From assembly GCA_963663805.2 (NCBI GenBank), contig CAXXMR010000012.1, forward strand, positions 320,001-384,000: 64,000 nt of DNA, written 5' to 3'. Origin of the DNA: Sedimentisphaerales bacterium (GTDB taxonomy: Bacteria > Planctomycetota > Phycisphaerae > Sedimentisphaerales > SM23-30). Both the position numbers and the translations under genes were made by a program. Each line of letters begins with the position of its first letter. Position 1 is the first letter of the stretch. Below are positions 39,444 through 48,277 of the stretch, piece by piece. The notes under the pieces were generated by a model. That model was not told the origin of the DNA, ran no database searches, and worked only from the letters and a program-made list of their open reading frames with translations.

Positions 39444-39911
39444 ATGATTATGAAAAAAACTAAAATCTGCCTGGCGGCCTCGGCCGGAGGGCATATCAGC
39501 CAGTTGCTCAAGCTCAATAAGGCCTGGGAAGGCCGTGAGTTTTTTTTCGTTACGACTACTGAGGTCCTGCGGGATAAGCTCCAGAAACAGGCCGCGGCTT
39601 ATGTGGTGGGTGAGTCTAACCGGCAGCATCCTCTTAAGGCCCTAGCGGTTCTTGGCCGGTGCATCAAGGTGATCCGGACCGAGAAACCGGCAGTGGTCAT
39701 CTCAACCGGGGCACTACATGGCTGTGTGATCTGCTACCTGGCGAAGATTCTCTGCGGAGCTAAGGTTGTTTGGGTTGACAGCATTACCAATGTCGCAAGG
39801 CCCAGCCTTTCCGGTCGGCTGGTTTACCGGATTGCGGATTTGTTCCTGGTGCAATGGCCGGAACTGCGGGAGGAATACCCCAGAGCGGAATTTGCCGGAT
39901 GCATCATCTAG
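39444..39911 (+). CDS. PssD/Cps14F (Alg14-like) glycosyltransferase subunit
   Basis: ASAGGH, VISTGA, PSLSG, LVQWPE. Confidence 0.88.
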   Translation: MIMKKTKICLAASAGGHISQLLKLNKAWEGREFFFVTTTEVLRDKLQKQAAAYVVGESNRQHPLKALAVLGRCIKVIRTEKPAVVISTGALHGCVICYLAKILCGAKVVWVDSITNVARPSLSGRLVYRIADLFLVQWPELREEYPRAEFAGCII

Positions 39912-40576
39912 TTTTTATCCTGTCGGCGGTTTTAATCGTGGGCCTGGCCTATTTTGCTGTACCCTGGCTGGCAGCCAGATGGCTCAAATTCCGCCTCAGA
40001 AGAGCATCTTCCGGTATAAAGCTTAGCTTTGATGACGGCCCGGGCTTGAGCAATACCCCCCTGCTGCTGAAAGCTCTGGACAATTATCCGCAGAAAGCCA
40101 GTTTTTATCTCCTGGGAAAACGGTCAGAGCAGCACCCGGAGATTGTCCGACAAATATCTGAGACAGGCCACGAAATATGTTCTCACGGCTATGAGCATTG
40201 CAACTATTGGAAGATCTCACCCTGGCGAGCGATCAAGGACATCCAAAAAGGCTGGCAGATCATCGATGCAGCTTTGGGCCGAACAAATAGAAACAAATAC
40301 CCTTTTCGCCCACCTTACGGCAAGATGACTTTGCCGGTGCTGGTATATCTGCTGATTAATAAGGTGCCGATCAGGTACTGGTCATTCGATTCTGGAGATA
40401 CTTTCGATAAATTACCGGATGTCAGTGATAAGGTCCGTGAACTAATAACCCAGAAAAAAGGGGTGGTGTTGCTGCATGATTTTGACCGGGATAATAGAGA
40501 GAGAAATGAGTTCGTGCTTTCTTTTGTTGAAGCAGCCCTGAATATTAAAGAAACTGACTCGGAAACTTCAGCCTGA
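39899..40576 (+). CDS. Polysaccharide deacetylase (NodB)
   Basis: SFDDGP, HEICSHGYEH, FRPPYG, VLLHD; N-terminal TM from ATG 39899. Confidence 0.88.
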   Translation: MHHLVFILSAVLIVGLAYFAVPWLAARWLKFRLRRASSGIKLSFDDGPGLSNTPLLLKALDNYPQKASFYLLGKRSEQHPEIVRQISETGHEICSHGYEHCNYWKISPWRAIKDIQKGWQIIDAALGRTNRNKYPFRPPYGKMTLPVLVYLLINKVPIRYWSFDSGDTFDKLPDVSDKVRELITQKKGVVLLHDFDRDNRERNEFVLSFVEAALNIKETDSETSA

Positions 40577-40595
40577 AACAAGAATAGAATAGTCA

Positions 40596-41075
40596 ATGAT
40601 TTTCTTAACCGTAGGCACACAGTTTCCGTTTGACCGGCTTATCAAGGCAGTAGATGAACTGGCCGCTGAGGGTTTGATTACTGATAAGATCATCGCCCAA
40701 GCCGGTAAATCCAAATATGCTCCCCGGCACTTTGAGGTTGTAGAAGCCCTGGATAAGGCGGCATTCGACCGGATGATTGAAAATTCAGCCGCAATCATCA
40801 GCCATGCGGGTATGGGTTCTATTGCCATGGCCCTGGAACACCACAAACCGCTGCTGGTGATGCCGCGTCTGGCACGGTACGGCGAAGTGGTCAACGACCA
40901 CCAAGTGGGTATCGCCCGGAAATTCGCCGAGGCGGGGCATCTGCTGGCAGCCATGGATGAAACGGAGCTGCCCAGGATAATCGGCCAGCTTAAAGACTTT
41001 GTGCCTAAACCGCGTGAGAACCAGGCGGAACAGGTGGCGGCGCGGATTCAGCGGTTTCTGGAGCAGGAGTGTTGA
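40596..41075 (+). CDS. PssE/Cps14G (Alg13-like, GT28 C-terminal) glycosyltransferase subunit
   Basis: MIFLTVGTQFPFDRL, ISHAGMGS, VNDHQ. Confidence 0.9.
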   Translation: MIFLTVGTQFPFDRLIKAVDELAAEGLITDKIIAQAGKSKYAPRHFEVVEALDKAAFDRMIENSAAIISHAGMGSIAMALEHHKPLLVMPRLARYGEVVNDHQVGIARKFAEAGHLLAAMDETELPRIIGQLKDFVPKPRENQAEQVAARIQRFLEQEC

Positions 41076-41125
41076 AACGTTGTTGGTTTGTCAGGTAAGT
41101 TTCTTAATATAATATTCTGGAGGTT

Positions 41126-41860
41126 ATGATGAAGGGTGTTATTTTAGCGGGTGGGTATGGGACGCGGTTGGCTCCTTTGACTCGGGTTACTAATAAGCAT
41201 TTGCTGCCGGTTTATAATAAGCCGATGATTTATTATCCGATCGAGTGTCTGGTGAATGCGGGCATTCGGGATATTATGGTGGTTACGGGCGGGAATAAGG
41301 CGGGAGATTTTCTGGAGCTTTTGGGTAACGGTAAGGAGTTTGGGCTGGGGGAACTGCATTACACATTTCAGGATGGAGCCGGTGGTATCGCTGAGGCGCT
41401 TAATCTTACCAGGGATTTTGTCGATGGCGATAAGGTGGTGGTGGTGCTAGGTGATAATATTATCGAGAATAATATTCGGCGGGCGGTGGCGGATTTCTTT
41501 ACGCAGCGGGAAGGGGCTAAGATTATGCTTAAAGAAGTGCCGGACCCGCAGCGATTCGGGGTGGCGGAAGTTGATGCCAGCGGTAAAGTCCTGAGTATCG
41601 AAGAAAAACCTAAGCAGCCCAAGAGTAATTACGCGGTAATCGGCATATATATGTTTGATGGTAAGGTTTTCGATATTATCGTTCAGCAAAAACCGTCAGA
41701 GCGCGGTGAAATGGAGATTACTGATGTGAACAATGCTTACCTAAAGCTGGGTACGCTTACCAGTGAGGTTCTGGACGGCTGGTGGACGGACGCCGGTACG
41801 TTGGAGTCGCTGCATCGGGCGACGATGATGGTGGCCGAAAGTGGCGCGAATAAAGTTTAA
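41126..41860 (+). CDS. rmlA: Glucose-1-phosphate thymidylyltransferase (short form)
   Basis: GVILAGGYGTRLAPLT..NKHLLPVYNKPMI, GDNI, EKP, RGEMEITD, WTDAGT. Confidence 0.9.
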   Translation: MMKGVILAGGYGTRLAPLTRVTNKHLLPVYNKPMIYYPIECLVNAGIRDIMVVTGGNKAGDFLELLGNGKEFGLGELHYTFQDGAGGIAEALNLTRDFVDGDKVVVVLGDNIIENNIRRAVADFFTQREGAKIMLKEVPDPQRFGVAEVDASGKVLSIEEKPKQPKSNYAVIGIYMFDGKVFDIIVQQKPSERGEMEITDVNNAYLKLGTLTSEVLDGWWTDAGTLESLHRATMMVAESGANKV

Positions 41861-41952
41861 GAAGTAGTTGAGGGAGTTGAGGGAGATAAGGCATATTTGT
41901 TGGATTCATATATCAAGTCAATAAAGATAAATATGAAAGATGTGGTAAGGAA

Positions 41953-42963
41953 ATGAAAAGAATACTGGTTACGGGGGCGGCGGGGTTTATTGGGTCTAAT
42001 TTTGTGCGGCTATTGTTGGGAGAGAAGGTGGGACAATGGCGAGTGGCAGCTTTGGATTCGCTGACTTACGCGGGGAATCTGGCAAATCTGGTGGAGTTTA
42101 AAGACAATCCTGACTTTGAGTTCATCAAAGGGGATATTTGCGATATCGAGCTGATTGACAAGACCTTAGCGGGTATTGATGTGGTGGTTAACTTCGCGGC
42201 GGAAAGCCATGTGGACCGCAGTATTCTTTCGGCGGGTGAGTTTGTCAGGACCAATATTGAAGGCACCCGAGTGCTGCTGGATGGTTCGCGGAGGCATAAG
42301 ATAAGTCGATTTTTGCAGGTTTCTACGGACGAGGTTTATGGTTCGCTGGGCAAGACGGGGTTGTTTACCGAAACTACGCCTTTGAGTCCGAACAGCCCGT
42401 ACAGTGCCTCGAAGGCGGCGGCGGATTTGCTGGCGCTGGCGTATCATCGCACGTTTGGTTTTCCGGCGGTGATAACGCGGTGTTCGAATAATTATGGGCC
42501 CTATCAGTTCCCGGAAAAGCTGATACCGCTGTTCGTAACTAATTTGCTGGAGGATAAGAAGGTTCCGGTATATGGCGATGGAATGCAGGTGCGGGACTGG
42601 ATTCATGTGGAGGACCATTGCCGGGCAATATTGGCGGCGTTGGAGAAGGGGTGCGCCGGTGAAGTGTATAATATTGGGGGTGAAAATGAACAATACAATC
42701 TGGATATTACTCGGATAATCCTTAATTATCTGGGCAAGGATGATTCGTATATTGAGCATGTGACGGACCGGCTGGGGCATGACCGGCGGTACGCTATTGA
42801 CCCGAGCAAAAGCCGGACGGAGTTGGGGTGGCGGCCTTTGATAAGTTTTGAAGACGGGATGAAACAGACGATTCAGTGGTATATTGACAATAAGTCTTGG
42901 TGGGAGTCGATTAAGAGCGGGGACTATCTGAGCTATTATGAAAAGCAATACGCTGGGCGTTAA
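41953..42963 (+). CDS. rmlB: dTDP-glucose 4,6-dehydratase
   Basis: TGAAGFIGSN, AAESHVDRS, STDEVYG, YSASK, QFPEK, GHDRRY. Confidence 0.97.
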   Translation: MKRILVTGAAGFIGSNFVRLLLGEKVGQWRVAALDSLTYAGNLANLVEFKDNPDFEFIKGDICDIELIDKTLAGIDVVVNFAAESHVDRSILSAGEFVRTNIEGTRVLLDGSRRHKISRFLQVSTDEVYGSLGKTGLFTETTPLSPNSPYSASKAAADLLALAYHRTFGFPAVITRCSNNYGPYQFPEKLIPLFVTNLLEDKKVPVYGDGMQVRDWIHVEDHCRAILAALEKGCAGEVYNIGGENEQYNLDITRIILNYLGKDDSYIEHVTDRLGHDRRYAIDPSKSRTELGWRPLISFEDGMKQTIQWYIDNKSWWESIKSGDYLSYYEKQYAGR

Positions 42964-42976
42964 CAGGGGCAGTTTT

Positions 42977-43858
42977 ATGGTCGATACAAATAAAAGCGTT
43001 GTGGTTATCGGCGCTGCCGGGATGCTGGGTCGTGAAGTTGCCGGTCAGTTGAAAGCGGCTGGCGTGCGCGTGACGGAAGCGAGTTGGCCTGAGAAGACGG
43101 CGGCGAGTTTGCTGCTGGATATAACCGATGCTGAAGCGGTAAATGATTTTCTGGCCGGTGTGAAGCCGGCGGCGGTGATTAATTGTGCGGCGTTTACGGA
43201 TGTTGACGGTGCGGAAAGTTCCGAAGCGGCAGCTCAGGCTGTAAACGCGAATGGGCCCGGCAATCTGGCGCGGGCGTGTAAGACCGCTGATTGTCGGCTG
43301 GTGCATGTGAGTACGGACTATGTGTTTGACGGTCAAGGTAACCGGCCTTATCTGCCGTCCGACCAAACCAGTCCGCAAACTGCGTATGGCAGGACTAAGT
43401 TGGCCGGCGAAGTGCTGATAGCGGAAGAAGCTGAGCAATGGTGTATTGTTCGGACCTCGTGGCTTTTCGGCAGTGGCGGCAGGAATTTTGTAGATACGAT
43501 AGTCAAACTGGCAGGCGAGCGGCAGGAGTTGAAGGTCGTAAATGACCAGGTTGGTTGTCCGACTTACGCGCCGGATTTAGCAAAATGTTTGATAGATTTA
43601 GCGGCAAAAGATGCTCAGGGTATCTATCATTTTTGTAATGGGCCGGCGTGCAGTTGGTATGATTTAGCCGGCGAAGCGGTGCGATTGTCAGGTTGTGACT
43701 GTCGGGTTATTCCTTGCAGCAGTGCGGAATTTCCGCGACCGGCTACCCGGCCTGCGTATTCCGTGTTGGATTGCAAAAGTGCTTTCACGATTCTGGGCAG
43801 GTCGGCTCGGAGCTGGCAGGAAGCGTTGGCAGAGCATCTGGGCGTAAGCGAGAATTAG
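42977..43858 (+). CDS. rmlD: dTDP-4-dehydrorhamnose reductase
   Basis: GAAGMLG, NCAAFTDVD, STDYVFDG, YGRTKLAGE, DQVGCPT, RPAYS. Confidence 0.96.
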   Translation: MVDTNKSVVVIGAAGMLGREVAGQLKAAGVRVTEASWPEKTAASLLLDITDAEAVNDFLAGVKPAAVINCAAFTDVDGAESSEAAAQAVNANGPGNLARACKTADCRLVHVSTDYVFDGQGNRPYLPSDQTSPQTAYGRTKLAGEVLIAEEAEQWCIVRTSWLFGSGGRNFVDTIVKLAGERQELKVVNDQVGCPTYAPDLAKCLIDLAAKDAQGIYHFCNGPACSWYDLAGEAVRLSGCDCRVIPCSSAEFPRPATRPAYSVLDCKSAFTILGRSARSWQEALAEHLGVSEN

Positions 43859-43915
43859 ATGATTGTCCGATAAGTTTCACGGACAGCTTATTATGTAACA
43901 AACAGGCAGATTTTC

Positions 43916-45916
43916 TTGGACAGGTTGAGAGAGAGAGACGGTCAGATAAAAGCTGTGATTTTGGCGGGCAATCTGGATTTTGGCAGATGTCCGGTGGCGT
44001 CGCGGTTGCCTTTTGCGCTTTGGCCTGTGGGTGGGAAGCCGGCGTTGATTGGGCTTCTGGAGGGATTAGCGGAGCAGGGGATTCGGGAGGCGACAGTTTG
44101 CTTTAGGGGGTACCGGCGATTGCTGGAAGAATCGCTGGCAGGTCTGGAGGTGGGGATTAAGATTGATTTGCTGGAAGAAGAACTTCCACTGGGTTCCGGG
44201 GGGTGTTTGCGCGAAGTTATGAAAAAAGATGAGGAACGGCATGAACGGCTTCTGGTCTGTCAGTCGAATGTGAGTCTGGTGCCGCAGGTTGCGGAATTGG
44301 TAGGATCGCATGAGCGGTCAGGGGCGATTTTGACCGTTACACTGCATAAAGAATGTGAAGTCGGTCGAGGAGAATACGATGCAGTTGGAGCTTATCTTTG
44401 TGATAGTTCACTGCGGGGTCATTTTTTGCCGGCGGGGTTTGGCGATATAAAGGAAGGGCTGATACCGCGGTTGAGGAGTCGCGGGTTAAAGGTTCACGCT
44501 CATCATACCGACAGGCCGTTGGGTAAGTTTGGTGGTCGGCAGGAATATCTGCGAGCGACGGCATTGTATCTGCAATCTTTTAATGAGTCTGACGCGGATA
44601 TGATGCGGGTGAGCGACGAGGCGGAAGTTGACGATAGCGTGCGGCTGGTGGGGCCGGTTATGGTTGAGGCAGGGGCACGATTGGCAAAAAATGTGGTGGT
44701 ACTCGGCCCGGCGGTAATCGGCAGAAATGTGAGAGTTGACGCGGATACTTTGATTGACAGCAGTGTTGTCTGGGAAGGAGCTGAGATTGGCGCATCATGC
44801 AGCATACAACGTTGCTTGCTGGACAGAAATGTTAGGGAACCGGATTGCACTCAACTGGAAGACCGCATCGAGAGTCTGGATAATCAGGGTATATCAGATG
44901 ATATTACCCGGAGAGTGAGGTCGATTGTGGGAAGGTCGAAATTAAAAATTAAGAAGACAGCTGCGAATACTGGGTCGGCGAAATCGGGTGTCGGTTTGGC
45001 TGGTGTGGAAGGAAGTTTTCGTGGGCCGATTGTTTGGGGCGGAGTCATATTACTGATAGCCTTTCTGTGGTCTTATTGGGCGACGGTGGAGAATATCTGG
45101 GGTATCTGGATACGTAACGACGAATATTCCAGTGGCCTGCTTGTGCCTATAATGGCGGTGTATATTCTCTGGAGTCGTCGCAAGGAGATTACCTCTTGTG
45201 AACTAAAGCCAAGCGTGTGGGGCTTGCTGGGATTTTTGGGGGCTCAGGCATTCCGGTTTTTTGGAATGTATTTTATGTTTGCCTCGGCGGAGCGAATTTC
45301 GTTAGTTATGAGTTTGGGCGCCATAATATTATTCGTTGGTGGGTGGGGGTTATTCAGAAAAATATTTACGGTTTGGCTGTTTTTGTTTTTGATGCTGCCT
45401 TTGCCGAACCGGGTTCAGACGGCAATTACTTTTCCTTTGCAGGTCTGGGCGACACATTCGGCGGTATTCTGTCTGGAGTTGATGGGCTATGAAGTTATAT
45501 GCGAAGGCAATGTTATTCATATGGGCTCAACGACGGTTGCGGTAGCTGAGGCCTGTAATGGGTTGCGGATGCTGACGGCATTTTTTGTGGTGAGCGGATT
45601 AGTTGCTTTACTAATCAAACGCGGTTTGTGGGAAAAGTTGTTTATTCTGGTATCAGCGCTGCCTATCGCCTTGATATGCAATACGATTCGTTTGACGGGG
45701 ACGGCGATTGCCTTTCAGATGCTGGCAGGTAATGGTCGGAACTGGGAAGAAGCGTTTCATGATTTTGGCGGGCTGGTGATGATGCCGCTGGCGTTGGCAC
45801 TTGTGGTGCTGGAACTGTGGTTTTTGAGCAAGATAGTCGTGCAACCGGAAACCGAGGTTGATGATAATGACGGTTTGCTGGTGGTGCGTGGCAATAGCGG
45901 GGGGGAGGTATCCTGA
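43916..45916 (+). CDS. Fusion: degenerate nucleotidyltransferase + LbH + exosortase
   Basis: KAVILAG.., PLGSGGCL, hexapeptide repeats; then DEYSSG, LPLP, VAEACNGLRML (Cys), NTIR (Arg), FHD (His). Confidence 0.88.
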   Translation: MDRLRERDGQIKAVILAGNLDFGRCPVASRLPFALWPVGGKPALIGLLEGLAEQGIREATVCFRGYRRLLEESLAGLEVGIKIDLLEEELPLGSGGCLREVMKKDEERHERLLVCQSNVSLVPQVAELVGSHERSGAILTVTLHKECEVGRGEYDAVGAYLCDSSLRGHFLPAGFGDIKEGLIPRLRSRGLKVHAHHTDRPLGKFGGRQEYLRATALYLQSFNESDADMMRVSDEAEVDDSVRLVGPVMVEAGARLAKNVVVLGPAVIGRNVRVDADTLIDSSVVWEGAEIGASCSIQRCLLDRNVREPDCTQLEDRIESLDNQGISDDITRRVRSIVGRSKLKIKKTAANTGSAKSGVGLAGVEGSFRGPIVWGGVILLIAFLWSYWATVENIWGIWIRNDEYSSGLLVPIMAVYILWSRRKEITSCELKPSVWGLLGFLGAQAFRFFGMYFMFASAERISLVMSLGAIILFVGGWGLFRKIFTVWLFLFLMLPLPNRVQTAITFPLQVWATHSAVFCLELMGYEVICEGNVIHMGSTTVAVAEACNGLRMLTAFFVVSGLVALLIKRGLWEKLFILVSALPIALICNTIRLTGTAIAFQMLAGNGRNWEEAFHDFGGLVMMPLALALVVLELWFLSKIVVQPETEVDDNDGLLVVRGNSGGEVS

Positions 45917-48270
45917 TGAATCAGTTGGATAATCAAATATACTATGAAGGTGAGCATCTGGAGGCGGAGTCCGGACAGGGAGCGGGGCCTTCAATCGGAC
46001 AAATGACAGCCGGGATACTGCGTTACTGGCGTTCAATTCTGGTTGTGTTTATACTAATTGTGGGTTTGGCATTGCCCTTGGTATGGTTTTTTGCGGGTGA
46101 AAAACATGAGGCTCAGACGGCTATCCATGTGGCTCCGGTAGTTTACAGCTTTCTGTTTCCTGACAAAGAATCGGATAATGTTCTGCCGATGTATGACAGT
46201 TTCAAGAATACTCAGGCTCAGTTTATGCTGAGCGAGAATGTTTTGCAGCGGGTGGCAGATGAGCTGGCGGATAAAAATCTGCCGCTGTTTGAAAAGCCCG
46301 CGGACGGTTTTTCGGAGCGATTGAAGCAGGTCTGGCGGCGACGCAGTCTGGATGTTCTGATGCAGGATAATTCCAGTATGATATATCTGCTGCGCCAGGC
46401 GATTCAAAAAGGACAACTGGTGGTGGCTTCGGACCGGCGGAGTGAATTGATTACGATTACCATGACCAGCAGCGACCCCAGAGAAGCAAAGCTGATTGTG
46501 GATGCTTTGGTGCGGGCGTATCAGGCGATTGTTTTGTCAAAGGATGAACAGGGCGAAGACAAGAAGCTGGCGGATTTGAATCTGGAGCGTCAGCGACTGA
46601 CGGAACAGGTGGACCAGTTTCAGTCTGATATTTACAGTATGGCAGAGCAGTATGGTACATCGGACCTGACCGCTCGTCAGGAAGTAATGATGGATATGGT
46701 CAAGGATTTGCAGTCCCAGTTGACCCAGACTCAGGCCGAGCGAGAGGCACTGGAGTCGCAATTGAATCTGCCGCTGGACCCAAATGGGCAGTTGGAGATG
46801 ACGCAGTTCGTGTCGCCGTTGAGTGAGCAGGATTTACTGAATCGGCGGAGTAAGTATATCAATGATGATGAACGTTTGAAGCGATTGACGGACAGTTTGA
46901 TTACGGCGGAAGAATCGCTGATTCGCATGAAGCAGAATCTGACGGAGGGTAATCCTGAGCTTCAGCGGCAGCATGATTATATCGCGGCTTTGGAGGGGCA
47001 TGCTAAGGAGCGTCGTCAGGAGCTTACCGAGGAGTTTGGGCAGATTGTCGAGGATGAAACGGATTTTCTGGAAAACACTTCAACAGGCCAGCGTGAGAGA
47101 CAGCGTGAGCGATTGAAGGCGGCATTGGTTCAGGTTGAAAAGCATGAGGAGCTGCTGAATAAGAGACTGGGAAAAGCTAATGAAGAAGCGATTAAGTTAG
47201 GTCGGGAGAATCTTCTGATCCAAAAGCGTCAGGACCAGTTATCGCTGACGAAAGAGCTTTATGATACGATTCGCCAGCGTATTCAGCAGATGGAGATGGA
47301 ACGTCGGCGGCCAGCACGTATTTCGGTGGCGTATGAGACTTCAGTTACCAATGTGGGCAGCAAACGCAATAAAATGTTAATCGCGGTTATATTCGCGGCT
47401 TTTGCGGCGGGGGTAGGCCAGGCGTTTTTGCGTTATAAGATGGACCGCAGTTTGCGTACACCGGAAGACATGGTACGTGAGGTAGGCCTGCCGATTATTG
47501 GCACGACGATGAGTCTGCCCAAGGGGAATCAGAAGGCTTTGCCGGAACAGTTCGCGTTTGATTATCAGACAATTCGTACGAACCTGAAACTGATAAATGA
47601 TGGTAATATTCCTCAACGGCTGGTTATTACCAGTCCGGTATCGGGTGAGGGCAAGACTACATTGTCAATTAATCTGGCAATCAGTCTGGCTCGTACGGGC
47701 CGCAAGGTTTTGCTGATAGACGGCGATTTGAAAAATCCTGATATCGCGGACCTGCTGAATATCAAGGATACGCGGGTTGGGTTTGCCGAGGTTGCTTCGG
47801 GGCAGGTTACTTTTGACCAGGCTGTCTGGCATATGCCGCAGACGAGTTTGTCGGTTCTGCCCACGGAAGTTAATCGTCATATCGACCTGGTGGAATTACT
47901 GAACCGGCCCGCGACAGTGGAATTATTTGAGCGATTGGATAAAGAGTATGACCATATTATAATCGATACCCCGCCGGTAATGGCAGCTCCGGAAGCTTTG
48001 CTCTGGGCCCGTATCGCGGGTTCGGTGGTTTTGAGCAGTCTGGCCGGCTATACGGCCGCAGCGATTCTGAAGGAAGCGATTGCACGTTTGGCGCTGGCGA
48101 GAGTGCGGATTCTGGGTAATGTGATGAGCAATGTTCGTTACGATAATGCCTATGGGGCGTATGGTTACGGGTACGGTTATGGTCATGGCCATGCGGATAA
48201 TGCAAAAAGACGTGAACAGAGTCAGTTTTTATTCCCTTTGGAAAACGAAGAACCAACACAGGCTGAATAG
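45916..48270 (+). CDS. wzc: Wzc-like polysaccharide co-polymerase / BY-kinase
   Basis: 2 TM around a coiled coil; GEGKTT, LLIDGD, IIDTPP, C-terminal YDNAYGAYGYGYGY cluster. Confidence 0.92.
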   Translation: MNQLDNQIYYEGEHLEAESGQGAGPSIGQMTAGILRYWRSILVVFILIVGLALPLVWFFAGEKHEAQTAIHVAPVVYSFLFPDKESDNVLPMYDSFKNTQAQFMLSENVLQRVADELADKNLPLFEKPADGFSERLKQVWRRRSLDVLMQDNSSMIYLLRQAIQKGQLVVASDRRSELITITMTSSDPREAKLIVDALVRAYQAIVLSKDEQGEDKKLADLNLERQRLTEQVDQFQSDIYSMAEQYGTSDLTARQEVMMDMVKDLQSQLTQTQAEREALESQLNLPLDPNGQLEMTQFVSPLSEQDLLNRRSKYINDDERLKRLTDSLITAEESLIRMKQNLTEGNPELQRQHDYIAALEGHAKERRQELTEEFGQIVEDETDFLENTSTGQRERQRERLKAALVQVEKHEELLNKRLGKANEEAIKLGRENLLIQKRQDQLSLTKELYDTIRQRIQQMEMERRRPARISVAYETSVTNVGSKRNKMLIAVIFAAFAAGVGQAFLRYKMDRSLRTPEDMVREVGLPIIGTTMSLPKGNQKALPEQFAFDYQTIRTNLKLINDGNIPQRLVITSPVSGEGKTTLSINLAISLARTGRKVLLIDGDLKNPDIADLLNIKDTRVGFAEVASGQVTFDQAVWHMPQTSLSVLPTEVNRHIDLVELLNRPATVELFERLDKEYDHIIIDTPPVMAAPEALLWARIAGSVVLSSLAGYTAAAILKEAIARLALARVRILGNVMSNVRYDNAYGAYGYGYGYGHGHADNAKRREQSQFLFPLENEEPTQAE

Positions 48271-48277
48271 TTTGGTT

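Noticed and set aside
41865..41891. AGTTGAGGG tandem between rmlA and rmlB
   Set aside because: Only two to three short units in G-rich DNA; too weak to interpret.
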